From an uncultured Methanolobus sp. (GTDB lineage Archaea > Halobacteriota > Methanosarcinia > Methanosarcinales > Methanosarcinaceae), in contig OY776215.1 of NCBI GenBank assembly GCA_963675495.1, positions 864,001-928,000 of the forward strand: a stretch of 64,000 nucleotides of DNA, given 5' to 3'. The position numbers were made by a program, and so were the translations under genes. The notes beneath the pieces were generated by a model, which searched no databases, had not been told where the DNA came from, and worked only from the letters and a program-made list of their open reading frames with translations. Of the stretch, positions 62,337-64,000 are shown in pieces. How positions within the stretch are numbered: position 1 is the stretch's first letter; each line of letters starts with the position of its first letter.

Positions 62337-63929
62337 ATGGCTAACCTTAGGCAACCAAATGCAAATGATGCCACTCGGACCTTTAACAGGTCTAAGAGTG
62401 TAGTACCGATGTCAGGTATCTGTACACGTTGTGTGGACGGATGTCGTGGAAATTGCGAAATTTTCAAATCAACTTTTAGAGGACGTGAAGTCCTGTATCC
62501 CGGACCTTTCGGAGAAATTACGGCAGGTGCAGACAAAGACTATCCTATTGACTACTCCCACATAAACATACAGGGATACGCAGTCGGTGCAATAGGAATG
62601 CCAGACGATATGATCCCTGGTCCGGAAACAGCAAGATTCCCAAATGTCAGTACTGAGACAGAATACGGATGGGATAAAAAAGTAAAAATGAAGGTACCAA
62701 TCTTCACCGGAGCATTAGGTTCAACCGAGATTGCAAGGAAGAACTGGGAACACTTCGCCGTTGGTGCAGCTATTTCAGGTGTCACTATAGTTTGTGGTGA
62801 GAACGTCTGTGGTATTGATCCGGGACTTAAAAGAGGTAATGACGGTCTTGTAACAGAATCTCCTGAGATGGATCGTAGAATCGAGCTCTACAAAAAGTAC
62901 CATGATGGCTACGGCGAAATGCTCGTTCAGATGAACGTAGAGGACACAAAACTGGGTGTTGCAGAGTACCTTTCCAGCAAACATGAAATGGACACCATTG
63001 AACTCAAATGGGGACAAGGTGCAAAATGTATTGGTGGAGAGATCAAAGTAAAAGACCTTGACCGTGCTATCGAACTCAAGAAAAGAGGTTACATCGTAAC
63101 ACCAGACCCTGAACTTGCATCCGTGCAGGAAGCATTCAAAGTTGGTGCCATAAGGGAATTCGAGAGACATTCAAGACTTGGTTTCGTCACAGAAGAAGGC
63201 TTCCACGCAGAATGTGACAGGCTCAGAGACCTTGGATTCAAGCGTATTACATTGAAGACCGGTGCTTACTCCATGGCAGAAACTGCAATGGCTATCAAAT
63301 ACAGCTCCGATGCTAAGATAGACCTGCTCACCTATGATGGTGCCCCTGGTGGAACCGGTATGAGCCCATGGCCAATGATGGAAGAATGGGGAACACCAAC
63401 AATATACCTGCAGTCACTTGTCCAGGAATTCGCAGATAAACTTACTGCAAAGGGCAAGAGAGTACCAGACCTTGCAATGGCTGGTGGATTCTCAAGTGAA
63501 GATGGTATCTACAAGGTTCTGGCAATGGGTGCTCCATACTTTAAGGCAGTGTGCATGGGCCGTGGCCTTATGATCCCAGGAATGGTAGGTAAGAACATTG
63601 GTAAATGGCTTTCTGAAGATGACCTTCCAAAGACTGTTTCCGAATTCGGACACAGGAAAGAAGAGATCTTTGTACACTACGAAGAACTGCAAGAACGCTT
63701 TGGAGCAGACGTAGAAAACATACCACTGGGTGCTATCGGTATATACTCATATGCTGAAAAGACAAGAGTAGGCCTGCAGCAGCTTATGGCTGGTTCCAGA
63801 AGGTTCAACCTTTCCACACTCTCACGTAAGGATCTTATGACACTTACGGAAGATGCAGCAAAAGTAACCGGAATCTCTTATGTAATGGATGCCTACAGGG
63901 ACATCGCAGAAGAGATACTTGACGGATAA
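62337..63929 (+). CDS. FMN-binding glutamate synthase family protein (stand-alone GltB FMN domain)
   Basis: CTRCVDGCRGNC, ELKWGQGAK, DGAPGGTGMSP, AGGFSSED, MGR. Confidence 0.88.
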   Translation: MANLRQPNANDATRTFNRSKSVVPMSGICTRCVDGCRGNCEIFKSTFRGREVLYPGPFGEITAGADKDYPIDYSHINIQGYAVGAIGMPDDMIPGPETARFPNVSTETEYGWDKKVKMKVPIFTGALGSTEIARKNWEHFAVGAAISGVTIVCGENVCGIDPGLKRGNDGLVTESPEMDRRIELYKKYHDGYGEMLVQMNVEDTKLGVAEYLSSKHEMDTIELKWGQGAKCIGGEIKVKDLDRAIELKKRGYIVTPDPELASVQEAFKVGAIREFERHSRLGFVTEEGFHAECDRLRDLGFKRITLKTGAYSMAETAMAIKYSSDAKIDLLTYDGAPGGTGMSPWPMMEEWGTPTIYLQSLVQEFADKLTAKGKRVPDLAMAGGFSSEDGIYKVLAMGAPYFKAVCMGRGLMIPGMVGKNIGKWLSEDDLPKTVSEFGHRKEEIFVHYEELQERFGADVENIPLGAIGIYSYAEKTRVGLQQLMAGSRRFNLSTLSRKDLMTLTEDAAKVTGISYVMDAYRDIAEEILDG

Positions 63930-64000
63930 AAAAGTAAGTTCAATACTTACTTTTATTTTCTTTTTTTAAAAGAGAGGAAGTTGCTTAGTCTTCAACTTCC

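Overview
Chromosomal window from a methylotrophic methanogenic archaeon (Methanosarcinaceae; gene content and AT-rich intergenic DNA suggest Methanolobus or a relative, which is an inference). Recognisable blocks: an iron module (DtxR-family repressor, feoAB plus two accessory genes); a methanol methyltransferase module (RamA-type activase, COG0523 GTPase, mtaCB, hydantoinase-like gene, mtaA); an MPE-Lhr helicase pair; a three-gene ABC-like cassette with no permease; an AT-rich NERD nuclease gene bracketed by 91-bp direct repeats; dys-pyrF followed by a box C/D guide RNA predicted to target C34 of pre-tRNA-Met; pyruvate carboxylase and biotin ligase; the MCM operon; hdrED with two DUF116 genes; RNase P RNA; and a glutamate-synthase-like gene. 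The most striking region is a roughly 12-kb polyphosphate island (33.6-45.9 kb). It holds ppk1, ppx, a two-domain PPK2 (pap), a CYTH-HD protein, an MgtC/DUF4010 membrane protein, a membrane-anchored CHAD protein and a very basic ferredoxin. These sit beside a MamK/salactin-like actin that is translationally coupled to a long coiled-coil protein. I propose this as a candidate cytoskeleton-based system for tethering or positioning polyphosphate granules. All family calls come from motif recognition by eye; no database searches were run.
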